Shown here in pieces: positions 10,004 through 18,760 of a DNA stretch of 64,000 bases. The translations under genes were made by a program, and so were the position numbers. Numbering within the stretch: position 1 is the stretch's first letter; each line of letters begins with the position of its first letter. The notes beneath the pieces are model-generated. The model ran no database searches. It had not been told where the DNA came from and saw nothing but the letters and a program-made list of their open reading frames with translations. The stretch comes from a virus (lineage: Duplodnaviria; Heunggongvirae; Uroviricota; Caudoviricetes): the IMG/VR virus record IMGVR_UViG_3300042888_001115, positions 11,067-75,066 of that record; one strand, written 5' to 3'.

Positions 10004-10081
10004 TTAAGAATTAGAACTAACAATTAATGCACCCATTTGTGTCATTATTGTATTTATTGTTTGAGTTTGAGTTGTTGTCAT
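10004..10081 (-). CDS. candidate 25-aa peptide ORF (MTTTQTQTINTIMTQMGALIVSSNS)
   Basis: ATG-initiated ORF with double TAA stop that fills most of the 115-nt gap between the Cys-rich protein and the Zn-ribbon gene; not in the track (<60 aa). Confidence 0.2.
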   Translation of the reverse strand: MTTTQTQTINTIMTQMGALIVSSNS

Positions 10082-10103
10082 TTTTAATTAATTTTTAATA
10101 TTA

Positions 10104-11654
10104 TTAAGATTTTGGAGCTACCGGTGGTACACAGTTAGCAAAATTAACACACTTACATGGAGCGGAATTGGCGTAGCAGGGGAAGGTGCTGAACGTTTGT
10201 TTAGTACAGGCCTCACCCTTTGCGCAGTCGGATTGTGAACAAGAAGCTTTCCTCTCGGAACAACTCGCACCAATATTATGTTCAATTGCAACAAATGAGG
10301 TATTGTCCATAGTTTGTGTTAAAAATAAATGTTGTCTTTCTACACTTATTGCCCATCCACTAAATATGGTATTTGTTCTTACAATTGTCGAAACTTCTTT
10401 TAGGACAGTTGTTAATGTTTCATTTTCAGTATTAATTAATATTACAGAATCACCAATTTGTATAGATTCATCTGACCCCAAACTTCCCAATGAAACAAAT
10501 TTAACATTATTATTTCTAACGATTAAATAATTAGAAGAAATTGTATCTTCCCAATAAGTAGTATCAGTAAATACAAGCTTAACATATTCTACAATTACAG
10601 AAACCTTTTCTTTTGCAGTTACCTCATTTGTACTGTATACTGTATTATTTACAAAATCTTCATATGTTATACCAAAATCAGCTGTATCCAATGTTAAATC
10701 AATATTATTTGGATTTGGAATATCAATTGTTTTTAATAAATCACCTACTTGTAAATCCAACGCAGTTTTGAATGAACCATCTGCCATTTCAACCGTATCG
10801 GTATCTAATAATTTAGGTGCTGCGAACAAATATTCATTATTTAAATATCTATTTTTATATGTATTTACTATCTCAAATGTTTCTGCATTATATTCTACAT
10901 CAGTATCTAATACTGCTCCGGTCAACGATGTGTAACCACCTAATGATATACTTTCTAAATTTGGAGGAAATAATAAATTTAATCCTCTAAAAACTTGTAT
11001 TTGATTTTGATATAAATTGTTCAAATCTAAATGAAATTCCATCAAAAAATACTCGTTGTTAACATTTTGTAAAACAATATTTAATTCCTCATTAGTTGAT
11101 ACTTTAAACAACTTAGGGTAAATATTCTTATCATATGCCGCACCAACTGCTTTTAAAATAAAATTTGGATGAATACCATTATCTGGTATTGTAGTTATGT
11201 TGTTTACAATTTCATTTGTTTCGTTAAGATATGCAAATTGAGAACCAAATGATGAATTTTTAATTAAATTCATAAAATTAATTTTATTTGCACAATACGT
11301 ATCATCTACCAATGCGGTAGTATCATATGCACTTCTAATAATCAACGTTGTATCGTTATCTTCAACATAAGGTACTGTTATAGAATTTGGACTAGAAATC
11401 ATATTTTTAAATTCAAATCCTAAAATGGTAGATAATTCAGTTAATTTGTTAGATAGTGGCTCTAAATTTCCGATGTATACTACCTTAGTAAATGTATTAT
11501 TACTAATGAAATTAGATAGTTCTGTTAAATCTAAGGAGGTTTCAGTACCTTCTAATGTAACATATATCCAGCCTAAATTAGTGTTTATTTCAATTGGTTT
11601 TAAATCACCATTTTTATCGTACATAAAGTCCGAACCTATTAATACTGTTCTCAT
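10104..11654 (-). CDS. large protein with Hint-like segment and Cys-rich C-terminal tail
   Basis: 516 aa; TVEMADGSFKTALDLQVGDLL resembles a Hint N-terminal block and VAIEHN precedes the tail; last ~50 aa hold 11 Cys and are encoded by a locally GC-rich stretch (10104-10270). Confidence 0.55.
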   Translation of the reverse strand: MRTVLIGSDFMYDKNGDLKPIEINTNLGWIYVTLEGTETSLDLTELSNFISNNTFTKVVYIGNLEPLSNKLTELSTILGFEFKNMISSPNSITVPYVEDNDTTLIIRSAYDTTALVDDTYCANKINFMNLIKNSSFGSQFAYLNETNEIVNNITTIPDNGIHPNFILKAVGAAYDKNIYPKLFKVSTNEELNIVLQNVNNEYFLMEFHLDLNNLYQNQIQVFRGLNLLFPPNLESISLGGYTSLTGAVLDTDVEYNAETFEIVNTYKNRYLNNEYLFAAPKLLDTDTVEMADGSFKTALDLQVGDLLKTIDIPNPNNIDLTLDTADFGITYEDFVNNTVYSTNEVTAKEKVSVIVEYVKLVFTDTTYWEDTISSNYLIVRNNNVKFVSLGSLGSDESIQIGDSVILINTENETLTTVLKEVSTIVRTNTIFSGWAISVERQHLFLTQTMDNTSFVAIEHNIGASCSERKASCSQSDCAKGEACTKQTFSTFPCYANSAPCKCVNFANCVPPVAPKS

Positions 11655-11689
11655 AATTTTAGTTTTCCTTATTATTTCTTATAAATATA

Positions 11690-12082
11690 CTAACTTTGTA
11701 ATTTAGTAGTTCTTTTGGTATATTTTCTTTTTGGTTTTGGTAGCGGTGGATTATCAATAGATGTGATTAAATCCCTTATTGCACCACATTGTTCGTATTG
11801 TTCTTTAGATACAAAGTAATCCATCATTTTATTTAGAAGGTCCTTATACTCACTCTTATTGATTGTAGCAAACATTTTACTATCGGTAAACTTAATAATT
11901 GCAACTTCTTCTAAATTTTCTTCAATAGCTCCTTTTAATATTTGTAAAATCCAGGGATATAAGGTATCACCATTCATAGAAATATAGTTTGAAACAGCAG
12001 GAGATGCATCTTCATCAAAGTATTTTCTCCAATTAGTTTTTGCGTACATATCGGTAATTTTTAATAATTTGTTAATATCCAT
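11690..12082 (-). CDS. hypothetical protein
   Basis: 130-aa ORF. Confidence 0.5.
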   Translation of the reverse strand: MDINKLLKITDMYAKTNWRKYFDEDASPAVSNYISMNGDTLYPWILQILKGAIEENLEEVAIIKFTDSKMFATINKSEYKDLLNKMMDYFVSKEQYEQCGAIRDLITSIDNPPLPKPKRKYTKRTTKLQS

Positions 12083-12092
12083 ATATAACTAT

Positions 12093-12821
12093 TTAATTTG
12101 TACGAACCACATCTTTTAAATAATCATCCATACTCGTAACTCTAGTTGTTACCGGCTTTACTACATCTGTTGATGCTGGTAAATTTTCTACTATTACACT
12201 ACCATCTTTGTTTTGATAAGTTTGGATTTTTGAAATTCCCGTAACTCTTATAGTAGTATCTTCAAATAAAAATCTAATTTGATTTATAATTGCATTATCA
12301 TTTAATATAGTTGGTTCGTTATTAACGTAAAATTGATATTCTACACTTTGTACGCCTGCTTGAGTGAATCTACTGCCTATACCTGTTTTACTAACTGAAT
12401 TTACTTGCACTGCAGTTACCGAACCACTAACTGACCCGGATGGATTATCTGCGGTAATTACACTACCACTATAAGAAATAGTATTTGTTTCTATATTAGA
12501 AGAAAATTTGTTTTTATTATATGCTAATGCTTTAGATATATCTAATTGGACTGAAATTATATCTTTAATAGTATAATATGGATTGCCTTCATCATACGCT
12601 TTTTTTAATGCGGAAAATATATGAGATGGTATGTAAATTGAATTACCTACACTTATAGTAAAATTAATATTATTAGAATCAAACACTTTATAGGTAATAG
12701 TATTAGGGTCTATGGTCGGTAATTCAATAAAGTTTTTGTCAAACACACCCGTTAAAAGTGCAGTTGATTTATTCTTTATTGAATAACTACCATAATCATT
12801 TACTATTTCTCTACTAAACAT
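12093..12821 (-). CDS. hypothetical protein (possible virion protein); start trimmed to MFSREIV
   Basis: The track's N-terminal extension (to 12908) overlaps a separate basic ORF in another frame; the internal ATG directly follows that ORF's TAA. Confidence 0.5.
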   Translation of the reverse strand: MFSREIVNDYGSYSIKNKSTALLTGVFDKNFIELPTIDPNTITYKVFDSNNINFTISVGNSIYIPSHIFSALKKAYDEGNPYYTIKDIISVQLDISKALAYNKNKFSSNIETNTISYSGSVITADNPSGSVSGSVTAVQVNSVSKTGIGSRFTQAGVQSVEYQFYVNNEPTILNDNAIINQIRFLFEDTTIRVTGISKIQTYQNKDGSVIVENLPASTDVVKPVTTRVTSMDDYLKDVVRTN

Positions 12822-12822
12822 T

Positions 12823-12948
12823 TTATCTTCCTTGTCCTTTGTACGCCTTTGGACGTGGACTGTGTTTGTTATAAGATTTCTTTGCCGAACCGGATTTACG
12901 AGAACCAAATGAAACCTTTGATGATGTTAATGAACCTTTCTTTGCCAT
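12823..12948 (-). CDS. small highly basic protein (41 aa, MAKKGSLTSSKVSFGSRKSGSAKKSYNKHSPRPKAYKGQGR)
   Basis: ATG ORF not in the track; its stop abuts the ATG of the downstream gene. Confidence 0.35.
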   Translation of the reverse strand: MAKKGSLTSSKVSFGSRKSGSAKKSYNKHSPRPKAYKGQGR

Positions 12949-12990
12949 AAATTGTTACTCCTTTGTTTAGGAATAAATATATGGAAATAA

Positions 12991-13236
12991 TTAATTCGTT
13001 GTATAAGCTACTTCATCTTTAAGGTATTTCTTAAGTGTATCGAACTCCTCTGCTTTTTCTGATACTGTCATTCTCAAACTTTTAAAGATAACTTTTAAAT
13101 CATCTATTGTTTGAATTTTGTTATCCCAATCAAACTCATACCAGTTAATAGGTTGAGGGGTCGGTTGTGGTTCTTGTACCTGTGTTTCTTCAATTGGAAA
13201 CAACTCTAATTGTTCTAATTCTTTTTTCTTTGCCAT
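12991..13236 (-). CDS. hypothetical acidic protein
   Basis: 81-aa ORF. Confidence 0.45.
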   Translation of the reverse strand: MAKKKELEQLELFPIEETQVQEPQPTPQPINWYEFDWDNKIQTIDDLKVIFKSLRMTVSEKAEEFDTLKKYLKDEVAYTTN

Positions 13237-13293
13237 TTTTATTTTATTTTTGTTAATTGAATTATTGTTTACTTACTAAATCAAATTTTTAAT

Positions 13294-13671
13294 CTATACT
13301 AATTTTTTCTCTCTACTTTTCCAATACATCGGTCCATAATGATGCGCAATCTCCTCACCTTCTTCTATATCTTTAATTGAATAAAATTCCATTATATTTA
13401 ATTCTTTCGATTTTATCCTCCAATCACAATTTGGGTGTGAACTATGATTATAAATTGAACCGTACCCAAAAGGTAAGTATGAAGTATCATTATCGTTAAC
13501 GTCGGTGAATACATAATCATACGATGGGTGGGTTGCTACCACAAATAATTTTATAAAATAGCATGTTTCTATAATTGTTCCGTTTGGTATAAATTCGCCG
13601 GCAAACACACCAAATCCCATTACTTCATCAATATAACGTACCTCTAATTTTGTTTGTGGTTTTATAACCAT
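13294..13671 (-). CDS. SET-domain protein lysine methyltransferase (minimal viral-type SET)
   Basis: GFGVFA (GxG), IYNHSSHPNC (NHSCxPN), EEIAHHYG (ELxFDY-like); 125 aa, like the minimal viral and bacterial SETs. Confidence 0.8.
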   Translation of the reverse strand: MVIKPQTKLEVRYIDEVMGFGVFAGEFIPNGTIIETCYFIKLFVVATHPSYDYVFTDVNDNDTSYLPFGYGSIYNHSSHPNCDWRIKSKELNIMEFYSIKDIEEGEEIAHHYGPMYWKSREKKLV

Positions 13672-13940
13672 TTTATTTTATTAATGATTGTATTAAATTC
13701 TTGTCTTTCTATCTTATCTGCGTTATACATTTCAAATTCATCCTTATCCTTATCGTTTCTTAAACAAATGATATGATATTCATTATTCATATCCGATTTG
13801 TATATTACATCTTTAACATATCCAAATTCAGCATCATCCATTGAAGCTCTAAACCTCATTACGAATATTGGTTTAGGTTTATGGACGATATTTGGATTCA
13901 CACTCATTGGTGGCGGGATTGGTATTGAATTTCCGAACAT
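13662..13940 (-). CDS. hypothetical protein
   Basis: 92-aa ORF overlapping the SET gene start. Confidence 0.45.
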   Translation of the reverse strand: MFGNSIPIPPPMSVNPNIVHKPKPIFVMRFRASMDDAEFGYVKDVIYKSDMNNEYHIICLRNDKDKDEFEMYNADKIERQEFNTIINKIKWL

Positions 13941-13946
13941 AGGATT

Positions 13947-13971
13947 GAGAGAGGGGGTTGGGGGGTGAGAG
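13947..13971 (+). repeat. G-rich island GAGAGAGGGGGTTGGGGGGTGAGAG (copy of the GGGGGTTG element, opposite orientation)
   Basis: Runs of 5-6 G in an otherwise AT-rich region; followed by GTCGTTTTTAAAC as in the copies at 24386 and 26557. Confidence 0.4.
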
Positions 13972-14012
13972 TAGTCGTTTTTAAACTTTTTAGTAAATCT
14001 TTTTTGTATATA

Positions 14013-14231
14013 TTAACTTATTGTACATTCAGTTCCATTCCATTGAATTCTATCCGCATCACACGCTATATGCCACTTCTCTACACCATCTACTAATTCT
14101 TTTGTGGTATAAGTAGGTATACTCAATTTAACGAAGGTGGCGAGGTTCTCCTTTCCATCTATAAGTACTCTCCAATGTAAATCACTACCTTCACTTACTT
14201 TTGTGTTATATCTAATTCTTACTTTATACAT
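14013..14231 (-). CDS. hypothetical protein
   Basis: 72-aa ORF. Confidence 0.4.
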   Translation of the reverse strand: MYKVRIRYNTKVSEGSDLHWRVLIDGKENLATFVKLSIPTYTTKELVDGVEKWHIACDADRIQWNGTECTIS

Positions 14232-14233
14232 TC

Positions 14234-15247
14234 TTATTTCTTTAGGTCTTTAATCTTTCCTTTACGCACTTTTGTTTTATCTAACTTAACTACCTCTTTG
14301 GTTTTATTATCAATTTGCCATTTACCCATTACCTTTTCGGTTACCTTTTGGTTTGGTTTCTTTGCATATGGTGCAAAAATTGCTTTACCATCAAATCCAC
14401 CATCATTAGATACCTCACCACTTTCCATATCTACTACATCATTAGCAAACTTAACGGGTTGGTGTTTCTCTTTTACTTCTTCATTATATCTCGCTACCGC
14501 TTTGATTAACTTTTCTTTGATTGGATTTTCGATATTGAATTCTATATTTGCTACATCGGCGTTTAAGATACCTAATTGCTCATCGATGTTATCCATTTTT
14601 AAATCAATATCTACCATTCGGTCTTTGATAAGTGTAATGGAATCGTTGATACTATTAAGGATTGTATTCGATTCGTATTCATAAGATTTAATATTATCAT
14701 CCCAATCAAATCCATAGTGAGTACCTTCGTTACCATTTTGACCAATGATATCCATTCTTCGTTCCGCTTCCCTTTCCATTTCGTCTTCGGCATACTTTCT
14801 CATTTCCTCCACAGCATCTATATTACTTTCATTTTCTTCTATTGGTGTTTCGTTTTCCCAATCTTTAAATTGACCTTTGTAATCTTCTTCTATCATTTCA
14901 TCATCTTCATCACCAAATTCTTTAAATGGAGCTTTGTCTTTACTATCTTCGGTCCAACTACCATATGAATGTCGTAGGTCCTTATATTCATTTTCATCAT
15001 CGTTTTTCCATTCGTTTAACTTTTCTTTTAAGTCTTCTCTTTCATAGTCGTGAATATCGGCGGAAAGTTGTTTGATTACATCATTCCAAGAACTCATTTC
15101 AAAGCCGGAAGCAATGGTGAGACCTTTAAAAACCTCCATTAATTCACTTAAATCAAAATCGGAGTGGTCTAATTCAATAGTTACTTGCTTACCATACATA
15201 GAAGCGGTAAACTTAGCGGGTGGGTTGGGTGTGTTAGAATATATCAT
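14234..15247 (-). CDS. acidic coiled-coil protein (scaffold or internal-protein-like)
   Basis: 337 aa, long D/E-rich tracts. Confidence 0.5.
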   Translation of the reverse strand: MIYSNTPNPPAKFTASMYGKQVTIELDHSDFDLSELMEVFKGLTIASGFEMSSWNDVIKQLSADIHDYEREDLKEKLNEWKNDDENEYKDLRHSYGSWTEDSKDKAPFKEFGDEDDEMIEEDYKGQFKDWENETPIEENESNIDAVEEMRKYAEDEMEREAERRMDIIGQNGNEGTHYGFDWDDNIKSYEYESNTILNSINDSITLIKDRMVDIDLKMDNIDEQLGILNADVANIEFNIENPIKEKLIKAVARYNEEVKEKHQPVKFANDVVDMESGEVSNDGGFDGKAIFAPYAKKPNQKVTEKVMGKWQIDNKTKEVVKLDKTKVRKGKIKDLKK

Positions 15248-15309
15248 TATAGTATTTTTATGTTACTATAAAGATAGTGAAAAGAAATGGAATAAAAAAA
15301 TAAAATACT

Positions 15310-16506
15310 CTAAAACTTTAAGTGTTCTCGTAAGTGTGTATCGAATATAAGATGATTACAATACTCTCTATTCTCATTAGCAATACCCATAGCAACCTCA
15401 ATACGTTCTTTCCACTCACTATCCTTCATATCCCTTATCCACTCTATATTATGGATTAAAGCGGGAATCCAACTACTATCGTATTGTTCAATGGGTTTTG
15501 AAATATTCCAATTAGAGTATATATCCCATAACTCATCCGTATATAGAGAACGATAGGGAGTAAGCCCATTCATTTCCATTAACTTATGTGCAAGGGGGTC
15601 TGTATGTATAAAGGGTTTACCTAAGTATAATAGTTTAGTAGTTTTCTCATTGAACTTAATAAGGTGTAAGTAAGGAGATATAATTGTAAACGTTTCATAC
15701 ACTACTTCCATTTGTGAGTGTATAGTATGTTCTATAAACTGATGTGTATAAGAATCCTTATGTATTCCATTGTTTTGACCTGAATTGGATAAGTAAGGAT
15801 TAAAATATGGAGAAGTGTAGTTTAATAACGGCAAGTGTACTTTATTATGTGTAGGTATAGTATTCGTTGTAAACTTTAATTCTACCTTATCATTTTGGAG
15901 AAAGTGTTTTGCTAACGATATCCTTACTCTATCCGTCAACTTATTAATATGTAGACCTACTCTATGCCCTTTAGGATGCTCTTTAAATACCTCACTTCCA
16001 TAGAAAAACATCTCACCGGGAAAGACCTCATTGTTATAATAGCTTTGTAATGCTACCTTATTAGAAAACTTAAAGTTAGTGTAGTTAATGAAAGGTATAT
16101 CCCATACTATCTTAACTCCTTTCATTTTCTCTATTCGTAGTAGTAACTCATCCGATTCTCTTACCTCATTGTGTATAAAGTAATCTTCGGTATGTTTTGC
16201 TATAATAATTAGGACCTTTGTACCCTCATCTAAACCCTCTAACCTATCTAATAGAGCGAGATAATCACTTTCCATTAGACCATGTTTGGTTATCAATAAA
16301 ACATTAATCCATCCGGCTTTAAATGGAGTAGAAAGGATTTCTTGTGGATTAGTAAACTCCCAATGGAAATTATACTCATCTAATTTAAAATTACGGGTAG
16401 TATGGTTAGAGGACCAGAGACGGGATATATTTTTTATCTCATCCTTTGTCCAAAAATAGGGTTCTATTGATTGCCAATCCGCAATGAAGTTTACATTTAT
16501 ATCCAT
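15310..16506 (-). CDS. large paralogous family A protein (possible glycosyltransferase)
   Basis: Shares C-terminal block LGKPFIHTDP...GL.PY with 16497, 37343, 52877 and 53967. Confidence 0.45.
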   Translation of the reverse strand: MDINVNFIADWQSIEPYFWTKDEIKNISRLWSSNHTTRNFKLDEYNFHWEFTNPQEILSTPFKAGWINVLLITKHGLMESDYLALLDRLEGLDEGTKVLIIIAKHTEDYFIHNEVRESDELLLRIEKMKGVKIVWDIPFINYTNFKFSNKVALQSYYNNEVFPGEMFFYGSEVFKEHPKGHRVGLHINKLTDRVRISLAKHFLQNDKVELKFTTNTIPTHNKVHLPLLNYTSPYFNPYLSNSGQNNGIHKDSYTHQFIEHTIHSQMEVVYETFTIISPYLHLIKFNEKTTKLLYLGKPFIHTDPLAHKLMEMNGLTPYRSLYTDELWDIYSNWNISKPIEQYDSSWIPALIHNIEWIRDMKDSEWKERIEVAMGIANENREYCNHLIFDTHLREHLKF

Positions 16507-17873
16507 CCTAATTCTTTTATCCTACCAAATATTGAGGTGTTATAATATACATCTTCGAAGTGTTTAATATTTTCTTTAGCGATAAGGTTTGCCTCATTTA
16601 TCAAATCGTTATATTCCATTTCATCCATATCTAACAATTGTTGGATTCTCTCAAACAATAAATCTAACCACATTGTGTTACCTACCTCTATGTAAGTATC
16701 TTTATTGAAATAATTAGCATTATACATTTGTAATAACTCCGGTCCTAATAAGCAATCATATTGTTTAAACCCATACTCTTTTACTAAATGATACATAACA
16801 GGATCAGTATTAATAAAAGGTTTACCTAATAAAATATTCTTTAATATTTTTTCAGTAGGTTTTCTATGTGCTTTTGATGGTTCTTTGGTATTAGTTTCAT
16901 ATACTATATCGATATCTGAATTGATAAATAGTTTAGCTAACCCTAAGAAATAATTTGGTGGGTGATACCCATGCTCTGCGTTTTTGTTTGGATTGTACCT
17001 TAGTGTACTACTTCGTTCTATAAAGTAAGAATCATGCTCCATATACTTTTCTAATGGATAATTAGTTTCACTTAATAATCTATTATGATGTACGAACTGA
17101 TGTTTATAGTTAATAGTTAAAAACATTTTAGGATGTGATATATAATCCGTAGTAACAAATCGTTTAACCAGTCTATACCTTTCACCGATACCATTACCGA
17201 TTGTACCCATATGAAACCCAATTCGTTTATCTTTTTTTAATCTACTGAATACATCTTTGTTATAATAGAAATTAGTAATGCCATCCCCACTCAATTCTTT
17301 TTGTAAATTAATATAATCGTAGAAATATATTTTGGGTTCAAACACTGCGGTCTCTGTATTAATCAATGGTGCGTTATGTATAACCTTTATATTATTACAT
17401 TTAGAAATTTTATCAAACATTATATCCTCAATCGCACCTCTAATACTAAATATGCTTTGTTCTAAATTACCACCAATGATTATAATCTTTACATCCGTAT
17501 TGATATATTTGTTTACTATATCACATAACGGTTGGTAATCCTCAGCGAACATTCCTATCTTTATAATATGAATTATGTCACTACACAAATCCGTATCAGG
17601 TATAGTTGTACCTACAACGTGCTCAATGGTATATCCATTCCAGTCACATTTTTGTTCCATAAAATTTTTGGTAAGGTCTTTGATTTCATCCAATTCTGCG
17701 TATGTGAAAAGTAACCCATTATCCTGCCGTTGATAGAAATTTATTTTCTTCATTATAACATATTTAGTTTGTGTACTACACATATAAGTATATGATTTTC
17801 CTAGAGTGGAAATTTTAACCTCACAATATTTGTGTACCAGGTTCACATATAAAAAAAAATTAATTTGTCGCAT
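16497..17873 (-). CDS. large paralogous family A protein (possible glycosyltransferase)
   Basis: C-terminal LGKPFINTDPVMYHLVKEYGFKQY block, 458 aa. Confidence 0.45.
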   Translation of the reverse strand: MRQINFFLYVNLVHKYCEVKISTLGKSYTYMCSTQTKYVIMKKINFYQRQDNGLLFTYAELDEIKDLTKNFMEQKCDWNGYTIEHVVGTTIPDTDLCSDIIHIIKIGMFAEDYQPLCDIVNKYINTDVKIIIIGGNLEQSIFSIRGAIEDIMFDKISKCNNIKVIHNAPLINTETAVFEPKIYFYDYINLQKELSGDGITNFYYNKDVFSRLKKDKRIGFHMGTIGNGIGERYRLVKRFVTTDYISHPKMFLTINYKHQFVHHNRLLSETNYPLEKYMEHDSYFIERSSTLRYNPNKNAEHGYHPPNYFLGLAKLFINSDIDIVYETNTKEPSKAHRKPTEKILKNILLGKPFINTDPVMYHLVKEYGFKQYDCLLGPELLQMYNANYFNKDTYIEVGNTMWLDLLFERIQQLLDMDEMEYNDLINEANLIAKENIKHFEDVYYNTSIFGRIKELGWI

Positions 17874-17890
17874 TACAAGAAATGGAGAAG

Positions 17891-17901
17891 TCGTATTTTT
17901 G
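17891..17901 (+). promoter_or_regulatory. plus-strand copy of the promoter motif (TCGTATTTTTG)
   Basis: GTCGTATTTTTGA on the plus strand, an exact TAnnTTTG; would drive antisense transcription toward the histone-like gene. Confidence 0.2.
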
Positions 17902-17936
17902 ATATCACATTTTGTGACATCAAAATTTTGGGCATG

Positions 17937-17964
17937 AAAAAACCGGATAGATTTCTCTACCCGG
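17937..17964 (-). terminator. intrinsic terminator
   Basis: Gene-sense CCGGGTAGAGAAATCTATCCGG hairpin then TTTTTT, 35 nt after the histone-like stop. Confidence 0.5.
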
Positions 17965-17998
17965 CCCTTACACTATGAAAAACTAACCAATAAAATTT

Positions 17999-18412
17999 CT
18001 ATTCAAACTCACTCGCTAACTCCTTAGATACAGCTCTGCTTTTCTTAGCCGTACTTATAGCGTGTTCATTCATTCTTAATAGTATCTCTTGTCCTATGTA
18101 CCTATTAGCTAAGTTCTCGTTTACAAATCTCTTTAGTGTTCTACTCTTATATACTACACTATATACGTCTTGCATTAAGTTCTCGCTATACTCTGATACT
18201 ATCTTATATAACTTCTCGTACTTTTGCTTTATTGTCTCTCTCTTTGTCAGCTTCTTAGCTATTATCTTTTTAGCTACCGCCTTTGTTTGTTTCTTAGCTA
18301 CTACCTTACGTGCCGCTGCTACCTTCTTAGCTATTAACTTAGGGCTTACTACCTTCTTAGCTCCTTTCTTAGTTACTACTTTCTTTGCTTTCATTGTTAC
18401 TTTCTTACTCAT
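17999..18412 (-). CDS. Lys/Ala-rich histone H1-like DNA-binding protein
   Basis: First ~57 aa are KAKKVVTKKGAKKVV...AKKIIAKKLTK repeats like an H1 tail or bacterial Hc1/Hc2 tail; C-terminal alpha-helical domain. Confidence 0.55.
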   Translation of the reverse strand: MSKKVTMKAKKVVTKKGAKKVVSPKLIAKKVAAARKVVAKKQTKAVAKKIIAKKLTKRETIKQKYEKLYKIVSEYSENLMQDVYSVVYKSRTLKRFVNENLANRYIGQEILLRMNEHAISTAKKSRAVSKELASEFE

Positions 18413-18459
18413 ATGTTTGTTATTTTGTTTTAAAGAATTTATTTTTGTTACCGCCCGTA

Positions 18460-18750
18460 TTAGTTAAGTCCGTATTGTGTTAATATGTTATTGCCTTCCG
18501 CTACCCGCTCTATTTGTTTATTACGTTGCTTTACTACATCATTCATTGCCTCACCCATTGCCATAGTCATACCCATCATAGTATCACTCGCTTGAAAGGG
18601 ACCATTTTCGTCATTGAATAATTTTTCAAGTGTTTGTATCGTAGCTTCGGCAGTATGTTTCGGTGTCCTGTCACTATGTACTATTGCTACTAATACTGAA
18701 TACAATTGACTTATTGCTTCCTGTTCGTTTGTTAGTTCTCTTTTACTCAT
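18460..18750 (-). CDS. hypothetical protein
   Basis: 96-aa ORF. Confidence 0.45.
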   Translation of the reverse strand: MSKRELTNEQEAISQLYSVLVAIVHSDRTPKHTAEATIQTLEKLFNDENGPFQASDTMMGMTMAMGEAMNDVVKQRNKQIERVAEGNNILTQYGLN

Positions 18751-18760
18751 ATGTTATTAT

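Noticed and set aside
10104-11654. Canonical intein
   Set aside because: A Hint-like block and an HN dipeptide are present, but there is no N-terminal Cys/Ser nucleophile at the putative splice junction and no homing-endonuclease insert. At most a degenerate BIL/Hint-like module.
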